64,000 bases of DNA, taken from assembly GCA_051294905.1 (NCBI GenBank), contig JBPPKV010000017.1, positions 1,302,001 through 1,366,000 of the forward strand. Reading direction: 5' to 3'. The translations under genes were made by a program, and so were the position numbers. The notes beneath the pieces were generated by a model. That model did no database searches. It was not told where the DNA came from and saw only the letters and a list, made by a program, of their open reading frames with translations. Within the stretch, counting starts at the first letter, position 1; each line of letters starts with the position of its first letter. Shown piece by piece: positions 1 through 13,698 of this stretch. This DNA comes from Botryllus schlosseri. Lineage: Eukaryota.

Positions 1-88
1 TGTCGTACAGATGATTGAGCCCAAACCAAGTAAAACGCCGTTTGAAGCGTGCGAAACATTGTGAAATATGAATGATATGAAATTTCAG

Positions 89-210
89 CTTACTTCTGAA
101 CGGTCTTCACAAACAAGACCATCGTCACGATTCAGTATTTGACGCTACCGGGCCCAGCACTCACTGCACTCTTTATCCAACCCTTGCAGTGCCGATTCGA
201 CACGGCGGCA
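89..210 (+). other. Candidate coding exon of an unidentified gene (LLLNGLHKQDHRHDSVFDATGPSTHCTLYPTLAVPIRHGG)
   Basis: tttcag acceptor at 88, GTGAGT donor at 211, one open frame between. A possible partner exon starts at 1044 after tttgtcttctctcag. No recognisable homology. Confidence 0.25.
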
Positions 211-2365
211 GTGAGTATGCATTGGGTTTACTGTTAGGTGGCTCGGTCTCATGTCAGGTGGTGGTGGTGTAGCATACTACTAACGCTATTATCATAGAAG
301 CTAGGCCAGTGGTTCGCTACCTTTTCGGATGTCGGCGCCTCATTTCAAACTTCATGCATGAAAACACTGGAATACCGTACTTAAAACGAAAATTCAAAGG
401 TAGCTGGCCTACCCCGGGATCTCGCCATCTAGCTAATTCAACAGCATGCACATTGCACATAGGCTTCTATATATTCTATATTGGATATTTTAGCATTGAT
501 AGACGCAGCTTGGCGAGTGCATTGAATGCATTGAAATACGCTGAAAAGGCTTAATATGACTGCACACTATTATGTCGTCATGTGATAGCTCTTCATACAT
601 TCCTGCACTTGAAGCAAAGTTTGCAGGGGATTATACACGCTGAGTAATATAGGACTTATTGCAATTTATACTTGACTATAAGTTGTTACTTCGATGTTAG
701 TAGAATTGTGTTGAAACTTACTCTTCACAGAAACGATATATAAATGTCTAAGACCAGCAGAACTCAAAATATACCCTTGTCTAACGGGTATTCATCCATA
801 CATTTGACGCTAGTCTGCAAGAATTTTCTTTCCTGGTTTTCAGAAGTGGCCTTGGACGGCTTTCGGCATAACTAATATCCCGCATTTTAGCATTCATACA
901 CAGAAATGGACATAATCCATTCATTGTAACAAATAACAAGTGTCGTCTAATATATCTTTGTGGCGTATTTAAGGTCAATCAGGTTATGGCATATTTACCA
1001 CGTTTCGGCCGCTACATGAACGCCTCATTTTGTCTTCTCTCAGGATACGAAGAGTCAAAACAGTCACGCACAGCGAGTACGTATGAGCGATGAGGACGAC
1101 GTCATGGGGGGGACTGGAGCACGAATCTCTGGCCATCGAGGGGTGCCAGGTGCCATGCATCAAACCAAACGATTTTGAGAACTCTTATTTACCCAATTTC
1201 TCGCACTACCCTTTTTCATTCATTCATTTCATTCAATTGAAAACGGTGCCTACGTTTTGCACAGATGCCTTGCAAGTGTACATTCGAGGGAGTGCTTGTT
1301 ATATTGTTGGAAAGGTACTTTTCCTTTCTTTATGGGAGAATTAAAATAAGGTGTTCTTCACTATATTTATCGCCGCTTCATAGTGCGGCGATGTACTGTA
1401 AATATTTAACCGACTACTTTTTGGTACACTACGATCGTACTTGAAGCTGTGCTTTAGTCGACATTCTTGGTATAGGCTCTGTGATGAGAAAACTCATCAT
1501 GACCTCATATTTTCTACGGCATCATGACTGCAGTCCTTACTGGGCAACGAAACAAGTTATTGCCTGCCAGAACTTTCATAGTATGCTTTTCATTGAACTT
1601 GGCCTTAGAGAAATTTCGATCACTACATTTTTTTCTTGCTTCTGAAATTGTTTTGCTTATTAACTTTTAGGGCGTCAATTATAAGTTAATATGGAGATTA
1701 CTCCTAAGTCCTAATGTGTTGCTGGTCAGGTTTCTGAAGCTACGTCGTCAGTTTCATTTTACAATGCTTGATTGACAATGCAAACTGTTTTTTTTGTTAC
1801 AATGTTGAAAATGTTGGTTTTTAAAATGACCCATCAAATTATTCCAATGTGGAATATTTAGTGATCACTTAGTTGAGTGGTGCCCGGCTCCAAATCAGTG
1901 GTGTGTCGTGGAACGGTATTCTTTAAACATAATTGTTGAATCATATGGACAATCTAAAGGCGATGTTTTGTCAATCATTCAATTATTTCTCGCTACGAGA
2001 TTTAACTTCACCTGTGGTCAATGTTTTCGTGCAGAGTAGTCCGTCAATTGCATTCCGTATCAACTTTTGTATCACGGATGCAAAGCTACAGCACCTGAAA
2101 AAATGGTTACTGGTTACGAAACATATTGCACGTATCAAGCTGTGGGTTATATCTTTATATATGTTGAAGGGTGGATTCGTTGTATTCATTTCATTCAAAA
2201 ACATCAGTTCGTTTGTTCATTTCATCGCTTGCAAACATTTCTTGTGTAAATATAGGATAGGGTTACCATGTTTTTGTAGCTAAAATTCAGGACAGTCTTT
2301 AGCGCCCACTAGCGGGCTGCACAATGAGGCATGCAGGACTCGAACCAAGTCATATGACACGCGAC

Positions 2366-2882
2366 TTGGGCTGGGCACAATGATTCGAGTACTCGAATCT
2401 GAATCGAGTATTAATTTAAATGATTCGAGTCGAGTAGTAAAAGACGATTTTTTCGAGTACTGAAATTATACTCTTCTCGCCACTGAAAGTTAATTTATCT
2501 ACGGGAATTATAGTTTCGATACTAGTTTTCACTGACGAAGCTTTGAAACCTTGATTGACCGTACCGTAGTATACGAAACATATAGTACAAAGCTACGAAC
2601 GTTACTAGAAATAACACATTTCCGAAGTCATTATCCTCCCACATCATTGTCACCAAGAACAATGAAATCGGCATGGTCGAAATAATACCAAAGTATTTTT
2701 AATGTGATGGATAACGGGAATAATAGTCTTTGTGGTCGCATAAAAGGTACATATTTGAACTTTGACATATTACATTCTGTTGTGACGTCATAATGCGTGA
2801 TACTCGATTACTCGACTCGACTCGAAGCATTTTACGTGATTCAGAATCGAATCACTCAGGTACTCGATTTTGCCCAGCCCTA
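2366..2882. mobile_element. hAT-type MITE, 517 bp
   Basis: TIRs t(t)gggctgggc / gcccagcccta; 8-bp TSD cacgcgac/catgcgac (7/8); subterminal actcga repeats. A right-end fragment of the family lies at ~15385-15450. Confidence 0.8.
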
Positions 2883-4367
2883 CATGCGACTAGGACGGCC
2901 GAGACAGACGATTCATTGTGGCACCGCAGAATATTAAATGTCACCACATTATTGGTGTTTTTTTTTTCAGTCCCGATCAGAGTTGGGATAATTACATTAT
3001 TTCAGTTTATTACAATTACTTTCATGCATGTTTCAATTACATTACAATTACTCCATGCTAAAAATATCAAATTATAATTAAATTACTCCTTGCATGCTTC
3101 AATTAGATTACAATTACAATTGCTGCTGTTGAACATGTAATTGAATAATCATAAATTCAACCGTGCTCCTTGACAACCGTAGCGTCGTATTTAACAACAA
3201 TTCAAGTCTGGTTCAGATTGTGTAGTAATAAATGCGTTTATGTCACTGAGCTATATAAACACTGGAGTGCGCAACATACCGTGACGGCGGAGAAAATTGA
3301 AAAACAGCTCTGGCTACCTACTTGCGCACTGGTGCTTATGGTGAACTACTGGGATTCTCCGCGTTTTTACGCTTTTCGAGGGGTTTTCGTCTGGAATAAG
3401 TATGTTTTATCACAAAACTAACACATACCATATTAATGAACTATAGTATACCCTTTCTAATAGGTATGTCAGCCTTGAATGACGCCATGGATTGCATTTG
3501 CGACTTCAGTATCCATAGATGGATCTAAAACGGCGAAGACTCGTGTGTAACTTCAAGGGATACTGCATTGCAACGACATTCCGACGCGAATATTTCAACG
3601 ATTAGCTTCTGACTACATCAAACTCAACGTGAAGCAGTCTTGAGTAGCAGTGATGCTAATCGCCTTCGGTGATGTTTGCTTGCGAGTGCAGGAACACATC
3701 AAGTTTGCTCTCGATGTCTCAAAGAAGTTATCTAAACCTAAACTGCTTCTGCCCTGTCCATGATTTTGCCACGGTTATTAAACTGTAATTGCACATTGAC
3801 TATACGGTTCTATGCACCAGAAATATATCAACGAGATCATTGTGATATACGGTATTTTTATTTCAGCGATCCACATAGAAAGACTATGGTTCAACTGGGT
3901 AATTCATAAATAGTTTTCAACGTTGCCGGAAATATGCCAGTCTTTTGTGCCACCGAAATAAAGAAGGATAATTAGTTTCTTGCAGATTGAGATGACCAAA
4001 TAGGCTTGTCATTGAATACGGTACCCTGTAAAACCAAAATATCAGAAACAGAACAACAAAACTAATTCATGTAATTGCTTGAGTGTCAGGAATGCTGAAC
4101 ACTTACATTTAAAACAGAACTAGCCAAGAAAGAAACATGTTGACTTGATGCTACTGAAATAATTCCTGGTAGAGTTGATATAGTTGCCGATTGTCAACAT
4201 TGAAATCTTTTGGGTGAAATCTGGCTTTAGGGTTGTATCGGAAGACACACTGGGTATACGAGGTTTTAAGATTTTTATGGTAGAACTGTTAAAATATATG
4301 GAACTAGTTCTTTACAATAGCATTTTCTTTTGGCGATTTTTAGCTAGATGTATGTATGTATAATTAT

Positions 4368-5179
4368 TGGGGCGTTTTTTTTACCTAAAAAAAAAGGGAA
4401 ATTTTGACCTAAAAAATCAAAATTTTGACTTTTTTTGACCTAAACAAACTGAATTTTGACCTAACATATGCAAATTAGGTGTTTTCCCACATAATGTTAA
4501 AATTGTACCACTCGATCTTCATTTCCGGCTGGAACTGACTGTCCTAACGACGCAGTTTGGCCTGAAAAAAAAAACGTTTTTGGCTTAGAAACAGGCAACT
4601 TTTTACATGGAAAAAACAATATTTTAACGAAATCTGGCCCTATGAAGAATTCCAGTAGTTACAATATGTATTATGGTAGAAATAATTAAAAGATGTTGTA
4701 GTACAACGAGAGATACTTTCCTACATTCTTGGGTAGAAAGTGCATGTCCTTACTAAGAAGCTTGCCAAGGACATTTAACAGCAGCAGTTGTTGGCTGAAA
4801 ACACTCAAGTTGTGCGTACACTGCTGATGACACACCGTGTTGCTTTATTCTGCAATGTTGTCTACATCACAATTTTTCATCGTGCGCTTCTTAATGTAAG
4901 AATGATGCAATGTCCAAGAAGTCTTTCTTCAGTTCGGATATTGCGGTATGTTGACCATAACACCATGTCTACCTATTTGTTTTATTTGACTGTTTACGAT
5001 TCACAATGAGCAGACAATTAGCCGTTTACAACGGTAGGCCTATAAAATAGGCTACAAGCTGTAAAATATCAAATGATATGTACACCGACAGTGCAGAATC
5101 TACGATACAAACGAAATGCAGATGTCGAAAAAATTTTGACTTGATGAAAAATTTTGACATGTCAAAAAAATCCGCCCTA
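4368..5179. mobile_element. hAT-type MITE, 812 bp
   Basis: TIRs t(g)gggcg / cgcccta; perfect 8-bp TSD ATAATTAT; subterminal aaattttgac repeats. Second, left-truncated copy at ~55947-56643. Confidence 0.85.
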
Positions 5180-5519
5180 ATAATTATACATAAATGATTT
5201 CCGTAGAAATTCCACCCCCTATTTAAGTGAGGGTCTCGAGACGATTTTATTGGGTCTGTGACAGCTTTTCGACCAAATTGCTACTAAGCACGGAAAAGTC
5301 AGGCCGCTGGTGAAAATAAATCAAAAATCGTCAGATTATATTTTCATCTGAACAAGACACACACAGATAGGAGCATGCCGAACGACCAGTTGCAGTTTCT
5401 CAAACTGGCATCAACCTTGGCCTAGTGCTCGTCTGCTCGATGTCACAGTTCCTTTCGGTGTTAGTCTCTATTCCGCGGCTCTTTCTTGCTCATTCCATTG
5501 TTTCAGAGCTCTTTCCATT

Positions 5520-5675
5520 CTTTGGAGCAGATCCTTTAATATTTTGAGGGCTTCCAATTTTCTCTCTTGATGTCTCTAATCCATTCGTTCTTTAGAGCAT
5601 CATTGCTTCCAAGGCAAACTGAACACATACCATAGTAATAATCAGGTGTTCTTAAGCATTCCTTCAGCTGCAAAC
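5520..5675 (-). pseudogene. Decayed THAP zinc-finger coding remnant (transposase N-terminus)
   Basis: Minus-strand translation with frameshifts and a stop: (C)AAEG-C...FSLP...LKNEWIRDIKRENWKPSKY*RICSK, matching the THAP pattern W..I.R.NW.P...R.CS.HF. Confidence 0.55.
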
Positions 5676-6749
5676 TAATGCATAATACAATCATCTGTTC
5701 ATGTATCTGTAAATAGAAAATTTTTCAAAGTGTCAAGCTGGCATCAATCAAAATGTTAGATGAAAAATTGTCTCACTTGTAAATGCTAAAATCTCACAGA
5801 TAAAAAGTAAGTGGATATCGCCGCTTACACTGTGTTTCCTCATCCTCGCTATAACTCCTCACAAACTCGATACTGCCTTCAAACGTTTTGTACAGCCATA
5901 AGCTTAAGCACAGCACACCTGACCGACTGATCCCCACCCCCCTCGACATTATCTTGGAATCACCTGTACATGGATGTGAAAATGCATATGGATAAAAAAT
6001 GTAAAAGAATCACCCAGTGATCAGTGATATTAGTTCAGAGTTGTGAATCTTACTTCTATAGCTAACTGCTGTTCTGACATCTGAGTTATATCCTGTTTCT
6101 ATCGTACTTCTTATTCTATTCCCAGAATTCCCGATGTTATAATCTGTAAGTTATAGGAATAAATGGTTTAGTATAAACGCAATATCAAAAGATGGACGGC
6201 TGATAACTAACAGTACCTGATTATTAGTCCGTTTTATGAAGGTACACTGCGTAAACCCATAAGCGCCCAGGTAAAATTTCCGACGACTAGGTAGCCAAGG
6301 AGACAAAATGGCTACGCTTCAATTGTCTCCGCTGGAGACAACATTGGGAATACGAGATGCGCACCGCTTGGTTTATGTGCGTACCTAGTATGCTATGTAA
6401 GATGTCATTGTGACGTAATATAAGCGTGTTTGTACGCTCGGTAATTATGGCTCACGTAATTGGAAATGTAAAATGTTATTTACCTAATTTCCTATGGGTT
6501 AGGATCAAGGATAAGGTGCACTATGTCGTTGAAAAAGTATTATAATATATGCACGTGTTGGATTTGCGTATATAGTATATAATTAAAGAAATAATATTAT
6601 TTTTATCGAGGGACGTAGGAATTAGGATGCGGAGTAAAAACAAAACCGTGGTTTGTCAGATAAGACGTTATATAATATCCAGTGGTCTGGTTAGTTAACC
6701 AGACGAAGTAACGATGCAGCATCTTGATCTGAAATCGTATTGTAGATTG

Positions 6750-7117
6750 CCAACCCACGGATAGATGCGCAAGATGTGAGTCACGGATGAATGCACCGAC
6801 AAACGTACTGCAGAGCCAGCTAAAAGCAGCAAACTTTGTAGTCCTAGAGCTGGCGATCCATGCGTCCAAATTTGATGCATCTGGTCTTTATCGTAAGCTA
6901 TTGATGTACTAATTCCGAAAATACAAAATAAAATCTCGTCAGGACAATGTAACTGCGCCAAAATAGCCGTTTAAGGCCGACTGTTCAGAACAATGCCGAT
7001 TCCCAGATTTTCACGACTATTTTGCTGCTATCTATTCTGCTGCTTTTAGCCGGCTCAGCAGTTAGCTTCTCGGCGATTTCAATCGTGACTCACGTGTTGC
7101 GAATCCATCCGTTGGTT
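6750..7117. repeat. Imperfect ~80-bp inverted repeat pair around a ~210-bp spacer (foldback or MITE relic)
   Basis: 6750-6830 (caacccacggatagatgcgcaagatgtgagtcacg...gagccagctaaaagcagc) matches the reverse complement of 7039-7117 with scattered mismatches. Confidence 0.65.
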
Positions 7118-8539
7118 ACTGGTTAGTAATCTAAAAATTGTATACAATGGCAGCCGAGGCCAGCATAGCGGTAAAAATAAAAAAAAAACTTCGCCCGCAA
7201 GGGCGCAGTCAAGGGCTTCCGCGAATGGATCCACCAAATTCCTTGTCGACATTTAACCCTTTTAATGGGGGGGTCAGATTTTGCAGAACCAATGATATAT
7301 ATACAATGATTGGAAACTACCGTGAGCTCTGCGTTTCAGTGTGTTCCTGGTCACGCTTCATCGCATACACAGTTGTGCTGTAAACAAAGGCTTCCTCAGC
7401 AATACTTCTTTGAGGAACTGCGATGATATATAATTCATCGGGTATATTTATCAGTGGCAATCAGCGTTAACGTGTTGAATAGCTTTAAAAGCGCATTTCT
7501 TTCTCGCGTCTGGCATTTTTCTTCTGATTATGCTAGCGGACCGCTGCCATATAAACGTTGATTCACGTACACGTACTTCGTACAGTCGTACACCTAGGTC
7601 ACAAGATAAATTTCGCGCGTCATGCGCGTATCGTAAATCCAATTCACACATTGACGACTCGCAATTATACGCAATCCCCGTGATGTAGCCTTGTGACGAC
7701 CAACGAGGCTTATGTTCACACAGTCGCGGACGTTCAACCTTTGTTGCAAGTGACACAACCTTCACTCCAACTTGAGGTGTCGCTTTTCCATCATATTCCT
7801 ACATCAATAACATCATTTAAATATGAAGCAGACGTAGTTTTTAAAGGAGTAATTCTAGTTATTTTGAGTACTCGAGTAGGTTTGCCTACTTCCGCGGGTG
7901 ATTGTGTTTTCATACTACTCACCGAACAAAAACATCACAACTTGTTTTTTTTCTGGGGATATCTAGATCTCCTGAGTTTTGAAGGTTCTTGAAAATAGCA
8001 CGCACATATTCAATGGCCATTTTGCGGTAGTCACTAAGCTTAACCCTGCAATTTCAAAAGTGACTATTTCCAACTGACTCCGAGCGAACAACCAAATCTA
8101 ATTTTAGAACTTTTTAAAAGTACTATACACATTTATATTTTCGCTACTTCTATTTGAACCTGAGTAAATCATTGTAGCAATACTTCCACTACTTCAGTAG
8201 CAACGTTGCATACATCACCCACCTCTGAAAAAAGTCACCTATCCATGATCATTCCACAAAATCTCGATGAGTTACAATACAGAATTGAATTTTCAGGATT
8301 CCATCATGTTATGTAAAGAAATGAGGAAGATACATACACTTCACAGATAGAACATTTACGAATACATAATTTAATCCTCAAATCCCTAATTCATGTGTAT
8401 ATGACCGAAATAATGATGCAGGCATTTGAAAAAAGTAACATTAATATGCATGCAACTGTACAGAACTAGACCAATGCAAAAATAACCATGTGGACAACAA
8501 AAACAGTTTATGCGTGATTTGTTAAGCAATAACAGTGCT

Positions 8540-10192
8540 AGATATCAATTTTTGTCATCTTCAACTTGGGAAAAGTATTTGGATGATGTCCTTAATAATG
8601 CAGCAGTACACTCGCTGTCGTTGGCTCAAGAATGGCCAAATACGACCTGAACGATGCCGTATCTACTCTTGATGAAATCTGCCTTGTTTAGCTGTTTGTC
8701 CATCTTTGCTTGCTCTTGCCCGAATCATTGGTAGGATGGGGAACATTCTTTTTCCGTAATTTTATATGATATCTAGGTGTCACCATATTCATTAATATCT
8801 TTAGTGCAGAATAAGGATTCGGCTACTTGACCGTACCTGTCCATGGTTATTAAATGCATAAATGGTTATCGAGACCCAAGAATTTTTTGGTTTTCTAAGT
8901 TGCTGTTCCTTCGGCACAAGAATCTATCCATTTTCGCATTTTAGGCAAGAAATCATTTTCCAGCCAGTCCAAGCGTGAATCGTCTGGACTGCAATGTGGC
9001 TTCAAGTCGGCGTTGTAGCTGAACTTGGTTGATGTATTCATAATGTCGAACCACTTGTAAATACCTGCAAACCATGCAGAAGCTTCTTTAGCGTCACCTC
9101 TCCTGCTCGCATAATACGCGCAACACTATTAGACAGAAGCTGAGCTGCAAAAATCTCCCGCATCTTTTCCAAGCTTTGCATACGAAAATGTGCATCCGTC
9201 AATTTGCCGCATCTCAATTCCGTCAGTTCCAACAGCCGTAAAATGCCGCCATCGAATAAATTTACCACCCTTGTTGAAAAGTTTCGTACCACCAGTGCGG
9301 CTGGCGTAGAGGTTGTTGGGTACGCTCTTGGAACATCTTGCGATTTGCACTGAGTCCATCAGCAACAAACGCAGCTACCCGAAATCCACAATCCACGATG
9401 CCGACACATTTCCAGAATATAGGCATACTCGAAAGTCGAAATGAAGCCACCGACTTTGTTGCGCAGTATGCCAAGGGTTTGGAAACATCAGACGTTACCT
9501 GGCCACTGGCATAAACTTGAAGAGCGTGTGTAGCTGGTTCATCATCATCTACAGGTCTCGACTCCCCAAGATCAACGAATCCTACCATTCCGTCTTTCGT
9601 TGTACTAAATACAATATTCTTGTTTCACTGAAAATGCAAAAAATCAGAAGTAGTTAGACACATGAAACATCACCGTGAACAGCATTGCTGAAATATTCGC
9701 GATGAAGTTTTCGACACAGCTATAAAGTCATGAGAACACAATCTAGCCAATTTACAGGCAAATTTAAGGTTGGAATTGCTCCAATTTGCAAATTGATCGA
9801 TTTGTGTCCTATACGCAAGAGCAAATGCATTAGACATTAAAACGAAACTCGTTTCATCAGCTTACCAGTCAACTACCATGGGAATCAAAATATAAAGTCA
9901 AGGTAGCCCACCACTCTGTAGTGCTTATGCAATGATGAAGAGTAGGCTACAGTATAGAATCATTTCCTCACCTTTCAACAAATCAGATGACGTGAATGAA
10001 GTTCGCAAATCTTTAAATCATCTTTTTTGTACAATTGATCCAGCCACGATCTTGACGCATGCTCCTTATAAATTTCTCAAGGTTTTCCGCCCATTCATAT
10101 TTGGCCCCAGTGCAAAAACGTTTTGCTGGAACTTTAAACAAATGCGCATTGGCAGCGGTTTTAGCACACCCTGGTATGCAACACTATCTCAC
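8540..10192 (-). pseudogene. P-element/THAP9-family transposase remnant, spliced and internally deleted
   Basis: Exon ~10192-9972 encodes a THAP domain (CCIPGC..LFKVP..W..ICELH, frameshifted, GTGAG donor). From the acceptor at 9627: NIVFSTTKDGMVGFVDLG..ATHAL..PLAY..W..GFRVAAFVADGLSANRKMF, then KLTDAHF..KM..FAAQLLSNSVA and YKWFDIMN..RLDWLENDFL. Multiple stops and frameshifts. Confidence 0.85.
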
Positions 10193-10602
10193 ATCTGACG
10201 CAACCAACTATTCATCAATCAACTATTAGTGAGAAAAAAGAGTTATAAATATTATAGTAGCCTTCAATAAAATTGATTTCTGTTAAATGGGTCTCATCGA
10301 ATTTTCAGGTTGGCCACCCACCAGCAATAAGATTACTCACAAAAGCATCTAAATCAGTTTCGCTTTCAAGATATCAGATGGCGTAATTGATGCTTACAAA
10401 TGTTCGAATCTCAATCTGTCCTAATTTTCCAAGCTTTTTTACGCTCATCCACAGGTGCAAAAACCTAAGCAGCTAGTCAGTACCTGAATATTGCGCATTG
10501 GCGGAAGTTTGATTAGACCTTAGTATGCAGTACTGTCTCACTATGCTCGCAAAACCTGTTAACAATCAACCATCAAACAAACGAAAAACAGTGGAATAAC
10601 TG

Positions 10603-11887
10603 CAGAGGTGGTCAAAGTAGCCAAGAAAGCTACTCAAGTAGAAGTAGAAGTAGCGACGGAAAAATCTACTCAAGTACAAGTAGAAGTACTTCTTTCATAA
10701 GCAACCTAAAACTACTTGAAGTAGAAGTAGAATTGACTGACTTTAAAAGTACTCAAGTAAGTAAGTAGTTGTGAAAACGATTCTGATTGGATGGATTATA
10801 AAAAGGTGCAAATTGAGCTATGTGATTGGTGACGAGCTTGATTCATATTGACACATACCCGCAGGTATCCAATTTTGGATAGCATAAGCATTCGTCCGCA
10901 TCATGGGATGAAAATGATAGTATTGAAAAGGCAACGCGAAACTAATCCTCTGTTTTCTGGAACATCACGTATTAGAAAGTAGCATGGTTTAGCGCCATCC
11001 CCCATATTATACGGCCCGTAGTTTAGTCAAAGAGCAATACGGAGAAGTTGTATAGGATACGGTGTAAACACTTTGCGCTATTAGTAAACGTTAATAAAAA
11101 TATAGTGGGCCGTAAAAATGCCATATTATGTAGCTTTATTTCCAGAAATTAAAGGCATTACTGCACTTGCTTTTATACTTCAACATGTATGTTATCCGGA
11201 CAAAAGAACTGATATTAATTATAACTCAAAGTATATGATACTGGGAATTGAAAGTGAAATATAAATACTACTTCTAAAAGCAGAATATGTATTTCATGTT
11301 TTTAGTCCAGAAAGTTTCAAAGGTGGTATGCTAAAACAGCTCTAAAACTAAAAAAGAAAGTCAAAGTCCACTCTTTCAGATCAGGACACACCATGGACAT
11401 ATATGCTAGCTAGATTACGATATGACAAGACAATGCTAGATTGCGAAACATCAGTTTCAAACGTTATGATGAGCCATATATACTTTGATTAATTATTTCA
11501 TATGGGCGAAGGGCGACAATGTGGTGTGAACGGAACCACGCCAACCTTCCACCTAAATGATATTCACCGATACTTTCGTGAAATCATACTGGTCACTCAG
11601 TATCCACTGCGCGCGAAGCGCGACGAAAATTCTGTGCTTTACTAAACTTGTTAATACTCCGTGAAAACATCTCCGAAATTCCTCAGGCTATCTTCCTGAT
11701 TGAAAGATTGAACTACTTCTACTTGACAAACTGAAAATAGCGAAAAGTAAGTAAGTAGATCACCAAATATTAAGAAGTAGAAGTAGAAGTAGCGAAAATC
11801 AGATTTACTTGAGTAAGTACCAGAAGTATAGGAAAACTACTTGAGTACTTCGAAAAAGTAGAAGTACTTCGTTACTGACCACCTCTG
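10603..11887 (+). mobile_element. hAT-type MITE, 1285 bp (AGTAG subterminal-repeat family)
   Basis: TIRs CAGAGGTGGTCA / TGACCACCTCTG; perfect 8-bp TSD AATAACTG; homologous along its length to 41070-42197 in the opposite orientation. Confidence 0.9.
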
Positions 11888-13163
11888 AATAACTGCCAGC
11901 AAAGGTGATAGCAGTACTCCACCACGGCCAACATTACTCAATGAAGTGTATGCAGCCAACCTTATCCGCGCACACGCTGATTTCGGCGGGAGTAAACCTT
12001 ACAGCGTTAGGGGGCGTGGCAGTTTCCAATCATTGTATATATATCATTGGCAGAACTGACCATCACTTTTCAAATTCATACCGTGACCTCACGAAGACCT
12101 TAATCTGAGCTGTTCCAGTTTAAAAGTGGCCGGAGTATAGCCGTCTACCGTTTCCACCCTCAATCGACACCCCATGCCATGTCTAGGGTTCTTTATACGA
12201 CTAAATATACAAACTTTTTCTCTGAGAAATCTCTTTCTTTCTCTCATTTTCCCCCGACTGACCCCCAGGATAGCGTCAGAGAGTCAAAAATGATGCCTCA
12301 GTGCGTAGCCACCGTTGCCTGGTTTCAAACAAGCCGTCAACCATGACCGTAAACCGCGCGGCTCGCCAGATATCGAAAAATCAATAATACATAAAAAATT
12401 TACATATGGGCGTGGTCAGTGAGTGGTCATAATGGTCAAGTTCAAGATCAATACCGAATCGGACCCCTACCACCCATTTAATGGCATGAAACAACGTGGT
12501 ATGCTTTCTCTTGTCATATCCCATTATTTGCATGCATAGTAAACCAGTTTATGACTCATTTTCCGTCTTGAACTTGAACTTGGCTCTGTTCTTGAAAATC
12601 ACCGAAGCGTGACCACAATTAACAAACGCCCTCAGAAAACTCCCCAGAACAAGGTTTGATGTTCCAAACGGTGATAAATCACACAGAATACCGTACAAGT
12701 CGACTTGTTATGTTCTGGCAGAATTTCTGACTATATTTCCCACTCGGAAAATATCTAGAAATTTTAGGCATGGGTATTTTCAGCCGAACTCTTCATGTAA
12801 GATCGTCGGTATTCGAAAATTTTCATGCCCTATACCTTCAAATTAGGTATCATATAAATCAGAAGATAGCAGGTTTTCCATAGAAACCAAAAGCAGTCCG
12901 CTACGACATATATCTATAGAGAAATTGAGAGATGAACTTGAACTGGGGTCACCAGTGACCCCCCCATTAAAAGGGTTAAAGAGAATGCATTGTAAGTCAA
13001 TTATTTTATGTTGTGCTTGTCAGGTCTCAATAGGAATTAATGTAATTGAAATTGTAATTAAGCAAAATTTTTGTCAAATTACAATTACAATTACACAAAA
13101 TAAAAATGCTTCAATTACAATTACATTGAAAAATGTAAATAATTACATTCAATTACAATCAAT

Positions 13164-13661
13164 TTGGTTTCCAGATCAGTACTACGAACCATCTACTTCT
13201 CTCTTTTCCACTCGCATCTGCAATATGGAATTGTAGTATGGGGAAATGCATGTACAACATTTTTGTGCAGAATTCGAACCCTGCAAAACCGTGCGATACG
13301 GCTGATCTCATCTGTACCTTTACGTACCAATTTATCGCCTTACTACCGTAAGCATCGAATTTTGCGAGTTGATGAACTGTATCGCTTCGAAGTATCAAAA
13401 GCTGTTCACAAATATTTTTCCAATAGTCTCCCTCCTGTGTTTGATGACTTTTTCATACCTGCTAAACATGTCCATTCCCATTACACGAGATCTTCGTCTA
13501 AAGGAAACGTCTACTTACCCCAACCCAATAGCAACCTAACTAAGAGATCTATCAACTACTCGGGACCTATCATCTGGAATGCATTACCATCACATATCCG
13601 TGAATTGCCTTATAATAGATTCAAAAAAGCCCTACTTGATCACCTCTTGTCGTTACACTAA
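13164..13661 (+). mobile_element. 3' fragment of CR1/L2-group LINE ORF2 (post-RT C-terminal region)
   Basis: LRTIYFSLFHSHLQYGIVVWGN..LQNRAIRLI..H.TR..Y.GP.IWNALP..IR..FKK.L is the typical L2/Crack/Daphne ORF2 C-terminus; 5'-truncated. Confidence 0.9.
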
Positions 13662-13698
13662 CACTGTTGCCCTACCCCACCCAGACATTGCTTCATTG

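Larger units (their letters stand above)
7257..12975. mobile_element. piggyBac-like non-autonomous element (5.7 kb) with nested insertions
   Basis: Perfect 20-bp TIRs CCCTTTTAATGGGGGGGTCA (7257-7276) / TGACCCCCCCATTAAAAGGG (12956-12975), each flanked by TTAA (7253-7256, 12976-12979). No piggyBac transposase seen inside. Confidence 0.75.

Noticed and set aside
1850-2250. Possible hAT/BED transposase remnant on the minus strand
   Set aside because: Only vague similarity (NLMGHFKNQH, ALHP) in an inconsistent order.
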